DNA from: the human T2T-CHM13v2.0 reference genome, Homo sapiens
DNA: 64,000 nt
Strand: one strand, 5' to 3'
NCBI RefSeq assembly: GCF_009914755.1
Contig: NC_060937.1
Part shown: piece by piece, positions 60,921-64,000 of the stretch
Layout: each line of letters begins with the position of its first letter
Numbering within the stretch: position 1 is the first letter of the stretch
Notes under the pieces: generated by a model
Seen by the model: only the letters and a program-made list of their open reading frames with translations
Told to the model about the DNA's origin: nothing
Databases searched by the model: none
Position numbers and translations under genes: made by a program

Positions 60921-63900
60921 AGATATTATTTTGTATTTATATAGTGCCTTCTTCAAGAACCTTAAATGCTTTACAGACATTATCTCTAATTAATCCCCAC
61001 AACAACCCTGTGAGGTAGGTATTACTCCCATTTTACAAGACAGGGAGACTGAAGCACAGAGAGGTTAAGTGACTTGCCCAAGGTCACACAGTTAAATTCA
61101 CTGAAGAGCCAGGACATGAGCGCTTTAGCCTCCCAGCTCCCAGCCAAATACCTCATGATAGAATCTTTAATAAAAAGTGTTTTTAAAGAAAGTATCAAGA
61201 GTAGTTATGTTATGAAAATGAGGTCTTTCTACTGCCATCAAGGAAAGAAAAAACCCTATACTGATGGTTAGAGGCCCCAAGACCCACATAATACAACATT
61301 TCCCTCTTTCCCTGTTCCCAAGCCTCCTGGTTCCTGTCTTAAATAATCTTTTAAAGGTAAAATTTCCAAGACAGAAGCCATGTGACTTAAGAAGTGGGAC
61401 TTAATTTAGAATATTTACTTTTAGTTACAATAATTTATAGAAATTTTTATTCCAATATACAAAATATGGGACAGCCATCCCAACAATCATGTACATAGTT
61501 ACACGGCAATCAGCCACCACTTACAACTTACACCAGCCCCGCATTTTAATCACAGTCAACCAACATACAACCTCACGATGCTTTCTTCATGGGTCACTTT
61601 TCTTACTTACTATACCTGTATTTTTCCCCCAACCCTGACCCTATACGTTTTAAAAGTACATTTAGTTTCTGATAAACTTCAAAACATTTTACTTAGATCC
61701 AGCTGCATTAAGAAGAAAAAGTAAATGTAAAACTGTCACCCCACAATCCCTCCCCTGACAAATCATACTATGAAGTACGGTGTAGATGTGAACAAGTATG
61801 TGATTACCAGGAACTCAACACATACACTAGAACTTGCTTTAATATGAAATTTAACTTGGCTTTTACGGCATGTTTTTTTTTAATGCAAAAATGTAAAAAC
61901 AAACACAACATAGTATTTCAATGCTGTACCTTTATGCAAATGACTTCATCTATCTTTCTTAAACATGTTGATATAGCTAATGTTAAAACTGACACAGCTT
62001 CACTTTCCTCTTTTTCTCTGTACCGAAAGCTGCAGAAATACAGCTTTAATTCCAAGACAATTTGGTTTAAGCCTTCAAAATAAAAAGAGTGCATCCACTT
62101 CCACTGCCCTGACTTTCCCCACACTGTTGATTGTGATTCTCTGTGGCATGTTGGTAGATCAGGCTGGCTTATATATAATTTGTACAAAACACCTCTAGCC
62201 AGGGTAAGGCTTTAGGAACTATCTTAAAAAGAAACTTGTCAAAATACTTTTTGATATTTTGTACAAATACTAAATATTATAATTTTCTCCCAGAACATCT
62301 GTTTAAGCAGCCCAATTAAGTGACTCTGTTAAAGGTCTGCTTATGGAAAAAATAGGTGAAGTCATTTCCTGAGCCAAAAGATACAGATAATAAATGTTAA
62401 TAATAGCAGCAGACTAAAAAATTCCTTTTTGTTGTTTTCCATAGTCAACAGTTTTAGCAAAAGGACTTTAGAAAATGACAATTTTTTTTAAATTTACTGC
62501 CTGAAAAGAGTTTAATAAAGAACATCCAAGGCCTGATTGCTATTATTCTGAATATAATTTTCAATAATTTTCTGCAAGTTACATTTGGCTACTGTCAGAC
62601 AACTTACTGATGCATGGAAAAACGTCCAAAAAAACTGCAATCGTTTACATATATTTTATGTTACATATATTACTTCTTAAAACCCCCAACAGAATGAAGT
62701 CTTAGCAAACACAGATTTTAATTTCTGAACACCCTTCCAGTAAGATTTGTAAAGGTGGGGGGAAGGGAAGGAAGGACTTGTCTTTTGTATTCCCGGTCTA
62801 CTTGATTAAAATTTAATCTTTGAAGGGTTTGTTTAGCTCACTATCCAGGCTGCTAGGGTTATGATGAACATTATGACTTCTTTCCAGGGTAAAAAATGGC
62901 ATCTGAAAATAACATAAATGCTATGACATGATTTTCCCAAGCATGATCTCAACTTGAAACATTAGAATACTTAAGAATTCTAAAGATTGGTATACCACCA
63001 CTGCACCAGAATTTTTAATTATTCCAACAACTACAGGAATTTTTAAAATAGTTTTTTAATTTTATGAAATTAAAGCTGAAGAAAATAACTGATTTAGAAA
63101 CCATAATAAAAGGACAAATATTTAGCCAGAGATATCAGTTCCTCCTGAAAAAGGATATTTATCTCCTCTCACTGCAGTTTTTCTCAAGGTATCTTAACTG
63201 ATTTCAGATAGAAATTAAAATTCACCTTAAAAATAGAAACAAACAAAAGGACAACTTAAACTGACATTAACTAATAAAAATATGTTCAAATTTACTGACA
63301 GAATCATGGGCACTTCATATAATACTTAGACTCTACCAGTTTTAAGTAAAATAAATAAGGAAAAAATTATAATTACAAAGCCAGTCTTTCCCCTTGGGGA
63401 AACAAAAAGCCACTTTTGACCAATTGCTCCCTACATATACATATACTGTATATTATTATAAGCTTCTTCAGAGAAGCAAAACATCTTTGTCTTCCCGACA
63501 CTGGATTATCTAGCATGTTAGTTTTTACATCAGGAAGGCAACTGCAAGTGTTGGGCCCAAAAGTATTTCTGGTTTACTCTTGAAAAGACCACTGAATATG
63601 CTTCTATACATACTGAACCAGGCAAATTTATGCAGTGTGTTCAACATCATCTCCTTATCAATACGGCACAGATTCCGATTCTTTCTACTGCACCCCCAAG
63701 GAATTCAAAGCATTATTGGTGCAATTAATAAAGAGAAAATGCGTGCCAATGACTGGAAGGCTGTTTTAAAAGAGGAGCTGGTATCTCTGATTTCACCTCC
63801 TTGTTGTATGGAACTGTACAGACAGCATGATACCTGAGCAAATAAATCAACTACCATGATCGGAAGGGCTTGTCAATCCATCGTCTTTGCTTTATCGTGT

Positions 63901-64000
63901 GCAAAGTGTGCTACTGCCCCCTGAGCTTCCTGCATTTCTCTTTTCTTGAAAAATCAGTGCTTGATCCTTTCCAAAATAACCAGAGAAGAAATGAGGCAGA
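60898..64000 (-). other. USP12: 3' UTR of the terminal exon of a minus-strand gene, probably USP12; stop codon likely just beyond the window
   Basis: 3.1 kb of AT-rich, repeat-poor sequence, U-rich on the minus strand, ending in ATTAAA plus a GU/U-rich downstream element. The minus strand from 64000 (TCTGCCTCATTTCTTCTCTGGTTATTTTGGAAAGGATCAAGCAC...) matches my recollection of the start of the USP12 3' UTR, and I recall an RPS20 pseudogene downstream of USP12. Identification is from memory and needs BLAT. Confidence 0.7.
60925..61145 (-). mobile_element. ancient CORE-SINE (MIR/MIR1_Amn-like) inside the 3' UTR, sense to the mRNA
   Basis: 'ccccacaacaaccctgtgaggtaggtattactcccattttacaagacagggagactgaagcacagagaggttaagtgacttgcccaaggtcacacag' is a near-consensus reverse-complement MIR core. 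Confidence 0.85.

Noticed and set aside
63890-64000. Minus-strand frames at the window edge (e.g. CLISSLVILERIKH*) as a C-terminal coding exon
   Set aside because: No recognisable protein; the sequence fits better as the beginning of a 3' UTR

Overview
This is primate (human-like) euchromatic DNA, and I found no intact protein-coding exon in it. Most of it is intergenic and filled with interspersed repeats: about 30 Alus, old L1 and L2 fragments, MIRs, hAT/Tigger DNA-transposon fossils and MaLR/ERV solo LTRs. Recognisable genic content is limited to two items. One is a full-length but disabled processed pseudogene of RPS20 (7677-8193, minus strand). The other is the 3' UTR and poly(A) site of a minus-strand gene at the right edge (~60898-64000), which I recognise from memory as probably USP12 (not verified). 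The dominant unusual feature is a ~4.7 kb purine-only tract (53981-58728; ~4.5 kb without a visible C or T). It grew out of an AluJ tail inside an L1 and has a modular 44/24-bp structure with higher-order repeats. It produces the three 1,500-1,600 aa 'ORFs', which are compositional artefacts. Other notable structures are a 225-bp fold-back L1PB palindrome, a templated insertion flanked by 11-bp direct repeats, three tandem Alus sharing one target-site spacer, a forkhead/ETS-motif minisatellite, a miR-1302-like MER53 hairpin, an ancient CORE-SINE that appears to supply the poly(A) signal, and several candidate unannotated exons. Repeat subfamily calls and boundaries are by eye and approximate.
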